This document shows, one piece after another, positions 18,134 to 27,674 of a stretch of 64,000 bases of DNA. Location of the stretch: positions 384,001 to 448,000 of the forward strand of contig JAFATB010000014.1 of assembly GCA_019244185.1 (NCBI GenBank). Direction: 5' to 3'. Within the stretch, counting starts at the first letter, position 1; the number at the start of each line of letters is the position of its first letter. This DNA comes from Acidobacteriota bacterium (lineage in GTDB: Bacteria; Acidobacteriota; Thermoanaerobaculia; Gp7-AA8). The position numbers and the translations under genes are program-made. Under the pieces are notes generated by a model. It ran no database searches. It was not told the DNA's origin and saw nothing but the letters and a program-made list of their open reading frames with translations.

Positions 18134-19022
18134 ATGAGAGTCGTGCTCGCGTGGATCGTGCTGAGTGTCGCCGCGACGAACGCGTTCGCGGCGGCGCGGC
18201 ATACGAAGCCGTTCTGGAAAGCGATCGTCGACAGCGGCTTCGCGGTGCCGGCCGGCGAGCAGCCGGGCGCGCTGGTGATGGAGCTGACGGCGGACTTCTC
18301 GTCGCCGGATCCCGTGCTGCGCGACGACTACGCGTACTCGATCCTCGCGCAGTGGGTGTACGCGAAACGGCTCTTCACGCCCGCGGAGCTTCGTTCCTTC
18401 ATCGCCGCGTGGACGGCCAGGCTGCGCGTCGGACTCGACGATCATCGCGTGAGCGCGGTGCTCGGCCGCTCGTTCTCCGCGCTCGCGCTCTCGACCGTCG
18501 CCGCGCTCGACAACGAGCAGCCGTTTCTCGAGAAACTGGAGTTCGACGCGCTGCTCGGCCACGCGCTCGCGTACCTGCACGACGAGCGCGATCTCCGCGG
18601 CTTCGACGACCGCGCCGGCTGGCTCCACGCTACCGCGCACACCGCCGACCTCCTGAAGTTCCTCGCGCGCAGCCGGCACCTCGATCCCGAACAACAGCCG
18701 CGCATCTTCGCGGCGCTCGTCGCGAGGCTCGACTCCGCGGACGTCGCGTTCGCGCACGGCGAGGAGACGCGGCTCGCGCGTGCGGCACTCTCGCTGTTTG
18801 TGCGCGCGGACTTCGACGCCACGGTGGGGCACGAAGTGGATCGACGCGATCGCCGTTCCAAAGTACGCGGCGGACGAGCGCGTGCTCGTACGGCGCGGCA
18901 ACCTCGAACGCTTTCTCACCGCGCTCTACGTCCTCATCGCCACTGATCCGCGACTCGGCGACGCACCGCAGGCGCGCCAGCTGCGCGCGTCGATCGACGC
19001 GGCTCTCGTCCAGCTCCGGTGA
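18134..19022 (+). pseudogene. DUF2785-like secreted helical protein with a frameshift (or sequencing error) at the G4 run 18826-18829
   Basis: SPDP.LRD...Y, RSFSAL.L, E.DLRG....GW.HA.AH.AD, F..GE..RLA in one frame; plausible continuation (TKWIDA...NL..FL.ALY) in another frame ending at 19022, overlapping the next gene's GTG. Confidence 0.7.
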
Positions 19023-19420
19023 GTCCCATGCGTTCGTTCGACGACACGCCGTTCAATCGCGAGCTCGGCTTCACGCTCGTCGAATATGGCGACGGCCGCG
19101 CGTCCGTGGCCGCTGGCGTGTCGCCGTGGTTCCTGCAGGAGAACGGCGTCGTGCACGGCGGCGTGCTCGCGGCGCTCGCCGATACGGCCGGCGTCTACGC
19201 GCTGCGCGGCGACGCGCGCTTCAGCGGAGCACTGACCGGGGTCGAGCTCAAGATCAACTTTCTCGAAGCCGCGCGTCCCGACCGCGGTCCGCTCGTCGCC
19301 ACCGCGCGCGTCCTCCGCCGCGGCCGCACCCTCGGCATCTGCGAGGCGAATGTGAAGCAACGCGAAATCCTCGTCGCGACGGCGCTGCTCACGTATTTGT
19401 TCCTCGCGCGGCGGCAGTAG
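19019..19420 (+). CDS. PaaI family thioesterase (hotdog fold)
   Basis: PF...LG, G.VHGGV.A.LAD, ELKINFL, V.RRGRT. Confidence 0.9.
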   Translation: MSPMRSFDDTPFNRELGFTLVEYGDGRASVAAGVSPWFLQENGVVHGGVLAALADTAGVYALRGDARFSGALTGVELKINFLEAARPDRGPLVATARVLRRGRTLGICEANVKQREILVATALLTYLFLARRQ

Positions 19421-19421
19421 C

Positions 19422-20267
19422 ATGTACGCCATGATCGACCGCACGATCTACGAGACGAGCTCGGTGCAGATCGGCGTCTTCCGCTGCTCGGCCGACGATC
19501 CGTCGTTCGGCGATTCCGGTCCGATCGAGACGTTCTGCTTCGTCTTCCCGCGCTCGTCGGTCGTGATCGAACATCGCGAGGGCACGCCGTTCGTCGCCGA
19601 TCCGAACGTCGTCGTGCTGTACAACCGCGGGCAGCTCTACCGGCGCAAAGCGGTGAGCGCGGACGGCGATCGCTGCGACTGGTTCGCGGTGTCGGAAGCG
19701 GTGATGCGTGACGCGGTCGGCCGCTACGATGCGCGCGCTGCCGAAGCGAGCGAACGGCCGGTGCGCTTCGCGCGCGTCGCGTCGGACTCGCGGCTCTATC
19801 GCGAGCAGCGCGAGCTGTTCGTGGCCGTGCGCGAACGGCGCGCCGATCCGCTCGACGTCGAAGAGCGCGTCGTCGGCATGCTCGCGCGTCTCCTGCGCAG
19901 CGCGTATGACGCGTCGCCGCGATCGACGGCCGCGAACGCGCGCGCCGACTCCGAGCTCGTTCACGCCGCGCGCGCGTTTCTCGGACGGCACTTCGCCGAA
20001 CCGCTCGCGCTCGCGGACGTCGCTTCCGGGGTGCACGCGTCGGTCTTTCATCTCTGCCGCACGTTCCGGCGCCAGACCGGGATGACGCTGCACGCGTATC
20101 GCGAACAGCTGCGGCTGCGCGCATCGATCGAGGCCATCGAGCGAACGAGCGATCTCACCGAGGTCGCACTCGATCACGGGTACTCGAGCCATAGCCATTA
20201 CACGGCTCGCTTCCGGAGAACATTCGGACTCGCGCCGTCCGCGTTGCGGCGCGCGATCGGCAACTGA
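19422..20267 (+). CDS. AraC family transcriptional regulator
   Basis: Double HTH (LAD.A..V..S.FHL.R.F...TG; VAL..GYSSHSH.T..FR..FG). Confidence 0.92.
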   Translation: MYAMIDRTIYETSSVQIGVFRCSADDPSFGDSGPIETFCFVFPRSSVVIEHREGTPFVADPNVVVLYNRGQLYRRKAVSADGDRCDWFAVSEAVMRDAVGRYDARAAEASERPVRFARVASDSRLYREQRELFVAVRERRADPLDVEERVVGMLARLLRSAYDASPRSTAANARADSELVHAARAFLGRHFAEPLALADVASGVHASVFHLCRTFRRQTGMTLHAYREQLRLRASIEAIERTSDLTEVALDHGYSSHSHYTARFRRTFGLAPSALRRAIGN

Positions 20268-20284
20268 GCAAGATGGTGATAGCG
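20268..20284 (+). promoter_or_regulatory. Putative AraC-binding box, copy 3 (GCAAGATGGTGATAGCG)
   Basis: Begins directly after the AraC stop codon; 31 nt upstream of ATG 20316. Confidence 0.7.
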
Positions 20285-20315
20285 ACGGTGCGCGCCGCGC
20301 CGCTAGAACGGAGCG

Positions 20316-21992
20316 ATGTTCACGATCGTCGCGCTCGTTCTCGCCGCCGTGCTCGCGCAGGCCGTTCCGCCGCCCGCCACGCCTCCCGGATTGCAGGAAG
20401 GTCTCGCGTTTGCGCAAGCGAAAGACTGGACGCACGCGGCTGAGGTGCTGCGCGGCGTGACCGCGCGCGAGCCGAAGAACGCGCTCGCGTTTCGCGTCCT
20501 CGCGCTCTCGCTCATCCGCCTCGGCAAGTACGACGACGCGCTGACGGCGCTCGCGACCGCACGCACGCTCGATCCGCGCTCCGGCGCGGCGATCTACAAC
20601 ACCGCCGTCGCGTACGCGCTGTCAGGACGGACGGACGATGCGATCGCGTGGCTGCGGGAGGCGAAGGCATCGCGTCGCGTCGACCTCACGGGAGCCGCGG
20701 CGGACAACGATCTCGCATCGCTGCACAACGACGCGCGGTTCGTCGCGCTGCTGCCGAAGCCCGAAGACTTCGCACAGCCGTTCGTCGAGCACGTGAAGGT
20801 GATCCGCGAATGGGACGGCGAACATGCGGAGGATCAATTCGGCTGGATCGCGCGGCCGATCGGCGACGTCGACGGCGACCGCGTGCCCGACTTCGTCACG
20901 TCTGCGCCGACCTCCGGCGCGAACGGCACGAACGCCGGCCGCATCTACGTCTACTCGACGAAATCGGGCGCGCTGCTCTGGAAGGCCGACGGCGAGGCGG
21001 AAGACCAGCTGGGCACCGGCGTCGAGGCCGCGGGCGACACGAACAAAGACGGCATTCCGGATGTCATCGCCGCCGCACCCGGCCACTCGAAGGCATTCGT
21101 TTATTCAGGCAGAGACGGCGCGGTGCTCTTCACGATGCATGGAGAGAAGGAAGACGACGAGTTCGGGAACCACGCCTCGGGATGCGGTGACGTCGACGGC
21201 GACGGCTACGCGGACGTGCTCGTCGGCGCGCCGGGCAACGACGCCGCGGGCGCTGACGCGGGACGCGCGTACGTCTACTCCGGGAAAGATGGACATCCAT
21301 TGTTCGTCTTCACCGGCGAGCGCGCCGGCGATCGCTTCGGCAGCACCGTCGCCGGCGCGACGAACGGCAAGCAGCGGTTCCTGCTCGTCGGCGCGCCCAA
21401 AGCCGGTCCGCGCAAGACCGGCCGCACGTATGTCTACGACGCGCTCTCCGACAAGCCGAGGTTCGTCATCGACTCCGACGCCACCGGCAATGCGCTTGGC
21501 CTCATGTTCCTCTCCGTACTCGGCGACACGAACGGCGACGGCATCGCCGACGTCTACGCCTCCGACTGGTCGAATGCCGCGAACGGCGCGTCCACGGGCC
21601 GCGTCTACGTGCACTCCGGCGCCGACGGCGCGCGCCTCCTCACGCTCACCGGCGAAACGGCGGGCGAGGGATTCGGAACGTGTCCCGCGAAAGCAGGCGA
21701 CGTGGATGGCGACGGACGCGCGGACCTCATCGTCGGCGCGTGGCAGTACGCCGGTGCCGCGGTTTCCGGCGGACGCATCTCGCTCTACTCGGGTCGCGAT
21801 GGCCATCGCATGCGCACGTACACCTCGCGCGTGCCGGGCGAGACGCTCGGCTTCGACGCGCAAGGGATGGGCGATGTCGACGGCGATGGCACGGTGGATT
21901 TTCTCGTGACGTCCGGCTGGAGCGGCGTGCACGGCCATCACAGCGGACGCGTCTTCGTGATCTCCAGCGGCGTGAAAGCGAAGCGGCGCTAG
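20316..21992 (+). CDS. Secreted TPR plus FG-GAP-repeat (integrin-alpha-like beta-propeller) protein
   Basis: Signal peptide; N-terminal TPR; about 7 repeats of FG...GD.[DN]GDG..D..VGA...GR.YVYSG. Confidence 0.88.
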   Translation: MFTIVALVLAAVLAQAVPPPATPPGLQEGLAFAQAKDWTHAAEVLRGVTAREPKNALAFRVLALSLIRLGKYDDALTALATARTLDPRSGAAIYNTAVAYALSGRTDDAIAWLREAKASRRVDLTGAAADNDLASLHNDARFVALLPKPEDFAQPFVEHVKVIREWDGEHAEDQFGWIARPIGDVDGDRVPDFVTSAPTSGANGTNAGRIYVYSTKSGALLWKADGEAEDQLGTGVEAAGDTNKDGIPDVIAAAPGHSKAFVYSGRDGAVLFTMHGEKEDDEFGNHASGCGDVDGDGYADVLVGAPGNDAAGADAGRAYVYSGKDGHPLFVFTGERAGDRFGSTVAGATNGKQRFLLVGAPKAGPRKTGRTYVYDALSDKPRFVIDSDATGNALGLMFLSVLGDTNGDGIADVYASDWSNAANGASTGRVYVHSGADGARLLTLTGETAGEGFGTCPAKAGDVDGDGRADLIVGAWQYAGAAVSGGRISLYSGRDGHRMRTYTSRVPGETLGFDAQGMGDVDGDGTVDFLVTSGWSGVHGHHSGRVFVISSGVKAKRR

Positions 21993-22093
21993 TCGATCGC
22001 GGCCGTCACCTTCACCGAAGGTTTTCGACGAGACTCCGGCCGCACCGGCTACATTGGCCGACGCCCAAATCGGAACACGGATGGAGTGAGACG

Positions 22094-24157
22094 ATGACGA
22101 TCAGCCGCCGGGATTTCATCAAAACTGCTGCAGCCCTTGGTGCTTCGCTCGCGTGGGTCGGACCGGCCCATGGCTCGAGCGTCAACTGGCGCGAGCGGCG
22201 CGATCTGTATCCGCAAGGAGTCGCCTCGGGCGATCCCGACGCGCACAGCGTCATCCTCTGGACCCGGCGTCCGTTCACCGAGGGCGAACGGCATGTCCTG
22301 ACCGTGGAGGTCGCGGAGGATCAGGCGTTCCACCGCGTCATTGCGCACGCGCAGGCACCGGTCGCAAGCGCGTCCGATTGGACCACGCGCGTGTTGATCG
22401 GCGCACTGAAGCCGGCGCACACGTACTGGTATCGATTCACCGATGCCGACGGAAACGGCAGCCGCGTCGGCCGCACGATCACCGCGCCGTTGCCCGACGA
22501 TCCGCGCACGGTGACCTTCGCATTCGTGAGCTGTCAGGACGTCAACGAGGGCAAGCTCAACGCCTACCGGCGGATGATTTACGAAGACGAGCGCGCGCCG
22601 GCGGACAAGCAACTCGACTTCGTGCTGCACCTCGGCGATTTCATCTACGAGGTCGTCGAATACCCGGAGGAAGTCAAGACGCGCTACGACCGCACGATCT
22701 ATGAAGTCGCGCGCTTCACGGACGGCTTGAAGGGTGGCAACTTCCACGTCCCGCTGACGGTCGACGGCTACCGCGCGGTCTATAAAGGCTATCTCGCGGA
22801 TCCCGACCTTCAGGACGCGCGCGCGCGCTGGCCGTTCATCCCGATCTGGGACAACCACGAATTTTCGTGGATGGGCTGGCAAAGCATCGTGAAGGGCAGC
22901 GGCTATGAACAGCCGGGCCAGAGTGTCAAGATCGCGGCGAATCAGGCGTGGTTCGAGTATCTGCCCGCACGCGTCGCTCCGCCGAGCGGATCGCTCGATC
23001 ACTTCGGGCCGCCCGCGGTGAAGAACGTCGCGATCACGCAGTTCGACAGCAACGGTCTTGGGACGGAGCCGAACAATCTGATCGCGATCAACAGCCTGAA
23101 GGCTTACCGGGCATTACGCTACGGCCGCAACCTCGACCTGATCCTCACGGACCAGCATAGCTATCGGAACGCCGATCCGTTCAGCGATCCCTCGCTCGCT
23201 AAGCTCGGCGGCGACGAGTTCATCGGCATGTCTCCCGAACCTCTCATGCAGGTGCTCGACGGCGGGCGCGCGTACAACGGCGGCAACCCGCCCGCGGAAG
23301 TCAGCTTCAACGACGCGCACGTCCCCAATCCGCAGCGGAACGCGCCGCCGCAGACGATTCTTGGGGCGGAGCAGAAGGCATGGTTCAAAGAGAAGCTCAA
23401 GAGCTCGACGGCGACCTGGAAAATCTGGGGGAACTCGCAGGGCGCTCTCGATGCGCGCTCCGATCCGCAAAACCTGCCCCCGGGTCTCACCAAGGAATCG
23501 TGGCCGGCCAACACGTACGCCTTCATGGGCGCGAGTGATTACGGCGCCGCGTACATGGAGCGCGCGGAGATCTACGGCCTCGTGCGCGACGCAAAAATCA
23601 CAGGCTTCGGCATCGTCTCGGGCGATCGCCACAGCTTCTGGGCCGGCTACGCGACTTCCGAGCTTCCGCCGGGAAAATTCGATCCGGTCGGTCTGAGCTT
23701 CGTCGGCGCGTCACTCTCCAGCCCCGGCACCATGGAAGCGCTCGAGCATCGATTTCCGAAAGATTCCCCGCTGCGGCCGTTGTTTCTGGTGGACAAGCCG
23801 GGCGGCGGCCCGCCGGACTGGACTCACAACATGCTGCTGAGGCACGGCGTGCGTTCCTGCCTCGAATACGCGAAGAGCTTCGACCTGAAGCGCGCGCGGG
23901 CGCTGTCGAACCCCGATGTGGCTCCGCACCTCGAGTTCATCGATCTCGGCGGCCACGGTTACGCGACGGTCCGGTTGTCTCCGGCGGAGATGCGCACCGA
24001 GTTCGTCTGCATTCCGCGTCCTATCACGCGCAGCGAACGACCGGACGGCGGGCCGCTGCGGTATCGCGTCGTCCACACCGCTGCACTGTGGAAGCACGGA
24101 GAGCGGCCGCGGCTGAAACCGTCGGTGCTCGAAGGCGACGTCGGACTGTCGATCTGA
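22094..24157 (+). CDS. phoD: Tat-exported alkaline phosphatase D family protein
   Basis: SRRDFIK Tat motif, GVASGDP, LWTR, SC, HLGDFIYE, WDNHE, LG..Q..W, GDRH. Confidence 0.92.
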   Translation: MTISRRDFIKTAAALGASLAWVGPAHGSSVNWRERRDLYPQGVASGDPDAHSVILWTRRPFTEGERHVLTVEVAEDQAFHRVIAHAQAPVASASDWTTRVLIGALKPAHTYWYRFTDADGNGSRVGRTITAPLPDDPRTVTFAFVSCQDVNEGKLNAYRRMIYEDERAPADKQLDFVLHLGDFIYEVVEYPEEVKTRYDRTIYEVARFTDGLKGGNFHVPLTVDGYRAVYKGYLADPDLQDARARWPFIPIWDNHEFSWMGWQSIVKGSGYEQPGQSVKIAANQAWFEYLPARVAPPSGSLDHFGPPAVKNVAITQFDSNGLGTEPNNLIAINSLKAYRALRYGRNLDLILTDQHSYRNADPFSDPSLAKLGGDEFIGMSPEPLMQVLDGGRAYNGGNPPAEVSFNDAHVPNPQRNAPPQTILGAEQKAWFKEKLKSSTATWKIWGNSQGALDARSDPQNLPPGLTKESWPANTYAFMGASDYGAAYMERAEIYGLVRDAKITGFGIVSGDRHSFWAGYATSELPPGKFDPVGLSFVGASLSSPGTMEALEHRFPKDSPLRPLFLVDKPGGGPPDWTHNMLLRHGVRSCLEYAKSFDLKRARALSNPDVAPHLEFIDLGGHGYATVRLSPAEMRTEFVCIPRPITRSERPDGGPLRYRVVHTAALWKHGERPRLKPSVLEGDVGLSI

Positions 24158-24182
24158 CTCGCTGACGGCTGGTTCTTCTTCG

Positions 24183-24222
24183 GCGCGGCAGAGCCGGTTT
24201 CGGCCGGTTCTCCGCGCTTTTT
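24183..24222 (+). terminator. Rho-independent terminator after phoD
   Basis: GCGCGGcAGAGCCGG-tttcgg-CCGGTTCTCCGCGC followed by T5. Confidence 0.75.
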
Positions 24223-24312
24223 GGTGGGTGGGAGTACAATGACGGCTCCCAGAAAAATGGAATCTTCCGTCCCACCGGTATGTCCACTTCCCAGAGACAT
24301 AAGGAGACCAAC

Positions 24313-26265
24313 GTGTCCGAGACCCTGATCGCGGCGGACCCCGCCGAAGCTGTGGGCGCGGGCGCGGAACCGATCGTCAACGACTTGACCATTCATGTCG
24401 CGACGGTCAACGGTTCCGGCTCGCAATCGTCGAACAATGTTCTGATGCGGTCCATCTTCCAGATGGGCGTGCCGGTGAGCGGGAAGAACATGTTCCCCTC
24501 GAACATCGCCGGTCTCCCGACCTGGTTCACGATCCGCGCGAACAAGGACGGCTGGATCGGCCGCAAGAAGGAAGTCGACCTGATGGTCTGCATGAACGCG
24601 CAGACCGCGCGGGAAGACGTCGACGCGTTGCAGCCGGGCGCGCTCTGCATCTACGACGCGCCGCTCAACTGCAAGACCTTCCGCAACGACATTCACTTCT
24701 TCGAGGTGCCGTTCGCGAAGCTCGCCGCCGATCTCGCCGAGGACTCGAAGCTGCGCAAGCTGCTGACGAACATGATCTACGTCGGCATCGTCGCGGAGCT
24801 CATCGGCATCGACCGCGCGGAGATCGTCACCGCGATCACGAAGCAGTTCAAAGGCAAGAAGAAGGCGATCGATCCGAACGTCGCCGCGATCGACAAAGGC
24901 TTCGCGTACGCGCAGGCGAACCTGCCGCGGCAGAACCGCTGGCGCATCGAGCGGATGCACGCGACGGAAGGGAAGATCATCATCGACGGCAACGCCGCCG
25001 CCGCCATCGGCGCGATGTTCGGCGGCGTCACGGTCGTGACGTGGTATCCGATCACGCCGTCGTCGTCGCTCTGCGAGTCGCTCATCGACTACATGAAGGA
25101 GTACCGCATCGAGGAGGACGGCAAGGCGACGTTCGCAATCGTGCAAGCCGAAGACGAGCTCGCGGCCATCGGCATGGTCCTCGGCGCCGGCTGGGCGGGC
25201 GCGCGTTCGATGACGTCGACAGCCGGTCCCGGCGTCTCGCTCATGGCCGAGTTCATCGGCCTCGGCTACTTCGCCGAACTGCCCGGCGTGATCTGGGACA
25301 TCCAGCGCGTCGGTCCGTCGACCGGACTGCCGACGCGCACCGCGCAAGGCGACGTCAATCAGGTCGCGTATCTCTCGCACGGCGACACGCAGCACATCGT
25401 GCTGATCCCGTCGAGCGTCGGCGAGTGTTTCGAGTTCGCCAGTGAAGCGCTCGATCTCGCCGAGGAGTTCCAGACGCCCATCTTCGTGCTGAGCGATCTC
25501 GACCTCGGCATGAACAACTGGATGTCGGACCCGTTCCCGTATCCGACCAAGCCGATCAAGCGCGGCAAAGTGCTGAACGCGGAACGGCTCACGGAGCTGC
25601 AGGGCAAGTGGGGACGCTATGCGGACGTCGACGGCGACGGCATTGCGTGGCGCACGCTGCCCGGCACCGATCATCCGTTCGCGTCGTACTTCACGCGCGG
25701 CTCGGGCCACGACGCGCAGGGGCGCTACTCCGAGAAGCCGCAGGACTACAAGGACACGGTCGATCGTCTCGCGAAAAAGTACGAGACGGCGAAGCTTTTC
25801 GTGCCGCAGCCGGTCGTCGATCGCCGCGAGAACGCGAAGATCGGATTCATCGCGTACGGCACGACCACGTGGGCGCTCGAGGAGTCGCGCGATCAGCTGC
25901 GCCGCGAGCGCGGCATCGAGACGAGCTACTTCCGCCTGCGCGCGCTGCCGTTCACGGACGAGCTCAACGCGTTCATCGCCGCGCACGACCGCGTCTACAT
26001 CGTCGAGCAGAACCGCGACGGCCAGATGGGGGACATGATCCGCCTCGCCGCCGGCGAGGACCAGCGCAAGCTGCGGAAGATCCTGCACTACACCGGACTG
26101 CCGTGCGACGCGCGCACGATCACCGACGCCGTGCTGCAGATGGAGTCGACCATCGAGCTGCCGGAGCCGCTGCTGCTCGTGCGCGCCGAGGCGCGCCTCA
26201 CCGGCAGCGCCGTCGCGTTCGTTCCCGGCGCCGTCCCGCAGCGCGAAGTGCGGGTGGAGGACTAG
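24313..26265 (+). CDS. korA: 2-oxoacid:ferredoxin (acceptor) oxidoreductase, alpha (gamma-alpha fusion) subunit
   Basis: NGSGSQS, YPITPSS, QAEDELAA, QR.GPSTGLPT, VEQN; AAGGAG SD before the GTG. Confidence 0.92.
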   Translation: MSETLIAADPAEAVGAGAEPIVNDLTIHVATVNGSGSQSSNNVLMRSIFQMGVPVSGKNMFPSNIAGLPTWFTIRANKDGWIGRKKEVDLMVCMNAQTAREDVDALQPGALCIYDAPLNCKTFRNDIHFFEVPFAKLAADLAEDSKLRKLLTNMIYVGIVAELIGIDRAEIVTAITKQFKGKKKAIDPNVAAIDKGFAYAQANLPRQNRWRIERMHATEGKIIIDGNAAAAIGAMFGGVTVVTWYPITPSSSLCESLIDYMKEYRIEEDGKATFAIVQAEDELAAIGMVLGAGWAGARSMTSTAGPGVSLMAEFIGLGYFAELPGVIWDIQRVGPSTGLPTRTAQGDVNQVAYLSHGDTQHIVLIPSSVGECFEFASEALDLAEEFQTPIFVLSDLDLGMNNWMSDPFPYPTKPIKRGKVLNAERLTELQGKWGRYADVDGDGIAWRTLPGTDHPFASYFTRGSGHDAQGRYSEKPQDYKDTVDRLAKKYETAKLFVPQPVVDRRENAKIGFIAYGTTTWALEESRDQLRRERGIETSYFRLRALPFTDELNAFIAAHDRVYIVEQNRDGQMGDMIRLAAGEDQRKLRKILHYTGLPCDARTITDAVLQMESTIELPEPLLLVRAEARLTGSAVAFVPGAVPQREVRVED

Positions 26266-26267
26266 TC

Positions 26268-27323
26268 ATGGCGGACAGCACACTGAAAATCGGCGCGGCC
26301 ACGGTTCCGACCGAGAACCGCCTCGGCCTCAAGGCGACGGATTATCACGGCGGCAAGTCGACGCTCTGCGCCGGCTGCGGCCACGACGCGATCAGCAACC
26401 AGATCATCCGCGCGTTCTACGAAATGAGCGTCAAGCCCGAGAGCGTGGCGAAGTTCTCCGGCATCGGCTGCTCGTCGAAAACGCCCGCGTACTTTCTACA
26501 GCGCTCGCACGGCTTCAACGCTGTGCACGGACGCATGCCCGCGATCGCGACCGGCGCGATCCTCGCGAATCACAAGCTGCAGGCCATCGGCGTGTCCGGC
26601 GACGGCGACACCGCCTCGATCGGCCTCGGCCAGTTCATGCACATGGTCCGGCGCAACATCCCGATGATCTACATCATCGAGAACAACGGCGTGTACGGCC
26701 TCACCAAAGGGCAGTTCTCCGCGACCGCGGATGAAGGCTCGCGTCTCAAGACCGGCGTCGTCAACGATCTGCCGCCGATGGATCTCTGCGCGCTCGCCGT
26801 GGAGCTCGGATGCGGCTTCGTCGCCCGCGGCTTCGCCGGCGATCCGAAGCAGATGGTGAACATCCTCAAGGCCGCCATCGCGCACGACGGACTCTCCGTC
26901 ATCGACGTCATCTCGCCCTGCGTCACGTTCAACAACCACGACTCGTCGACGAAGAGCTACACGTACGCGAAAGAGCACCAGGAGCTGCTGCACCAGATCG
27001 GCTTCGTGCCCGAGTACGAGCAGATCGAAGTCGATTACGAGGCCGGCACCGTGCGCGAGGTCGAGCTGCACGACGGCTCGAAGATCGTGCTCAAGAAGCT
27101 CGAGGAAGACTACGACCCGAGCGACGACGTGATGGCGCTGCAGCGCCTGCACCGCGCCGTCCGCGACGGCCACATGCTCACCGGCATCGTCCACCTCCGC
27201 CCCGAAAAGAAGAGCTTCATGCAGCTGCTCAACGTCGTCGACGAGCCGCTCACCACGCTGCCGCTCGAGCGCACGCGTCCTCCCCAGGAAGCGCTCGACG
27301 CGATCATGCGCGACCTGATGTAG
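26268..27323 (+). CDS. korB: 2-oxoacid:ferredoxin oxidoreductase, beta subunit
   Basis: CAGCG, SGIGCSS, HGR, GDGD TPP-binding motif, NNG.YGLTKGQ.S, SPCVTFN. Confidence 0.93.
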   Translation: MADSTLKIGAATVPTENRLGLKATDYHGGKSTLCAGCGHDAISNQIIRAFYEMSVKPESVAKFSGIGCSSKTPAYFLQRSHGFNAVHGRMPAIATGAILANHKLQAIGVSGDGDTASIGLGQFMHMVRRNIPMIYIIENNGVYGLTKGQFSATADEGSRLKTGVVNDLPPMDLCALAVELGCGFVARGFAGDPKQMVNILKAAIAHDGLSVIDVISPCVTFNNHDSSTKSYTYAKEHQELLHQIGFVPEYEQIEVDYEAGTVREVELHDGSKIVLKKLEEDYDPSDDVMALQRLHRAVRDGHMLTGIVHLRPEKKSFMQLLNVVDEPLTTLPLERTRPPQEALDAIMRDLM

Positions 27324-27334
27324 GCCTGCTTCCC

Positions 27335-27374
27335 CGTGGGATGCGCGCAAAAAAAAATTCGCGCGCATCCCACG
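27335..27374. repeat. Perfect 14-bp inverted repeat with an A9-containing 12-nt loop
   Basis: CGTGGGATGCGCGC-aaaaaaaaattc-GCGCGCATCCCACG; no U-tract downstream on either strand. Confidence 0.85.
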
Positions 27375-27415
27375 AAAATCGCGCGTCCGTGTCCGTCTCA
27401 TTCGGGGGAGATGGT

Positions 27416-27652
27416 GTGGCGCTGTACAAACGCAGGCCGTACGTTCTGGACTCCGATCTAGCCGTCTTCGAGGTTCGCCATGCGCCGGCGACGCGCGTGG
27501 CGAATCCCGGCATCTATCGCTGCACGGGCTGCGGTGAGGAGGTGCCTGTCGCGAAGGGACACCTGCTGCCGCGCGGCGAGCAGCACGAGCATGGGCCGGA
27601 AGACGGCAAAGTGGAGTGGCAGCTGATCGTGTTCGCGCAACAGAAGCGCTGA
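27416..27652 (+). CDS. Small putative Zn-binding protein (YjzC-like / 'protein L'-like)
   Basis: GGGGAG SD plus GTG; MALYK...PGIYRCTGCGEE...LP...HEH......W.LIVFAQ; hidden inside the spurious ORF 26810-27652. Confidence 0.7.
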   Translation: MALYKRRPYVLDSDLAVFEVRHAPATRVANPGIYRCTGCGEEVPVAKGHLLPRGEQHEHGPEDGKVEWQLIVFAQQKR

Positions 27653-27674
27653 CGCGGGCGTCGCGCGCGGATCG

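Noticed and set aside
20860-21910. Recurring GGCGACGTCGACGGCGAC repeats as a possible CRISPR or DNA repeat array
   Set aside because: In-frame, degenerate FG-GAP protein repeats
22000-22050. Possible Pho box before phoD
   Set aside because: No clean 11-bp-period direct repeat
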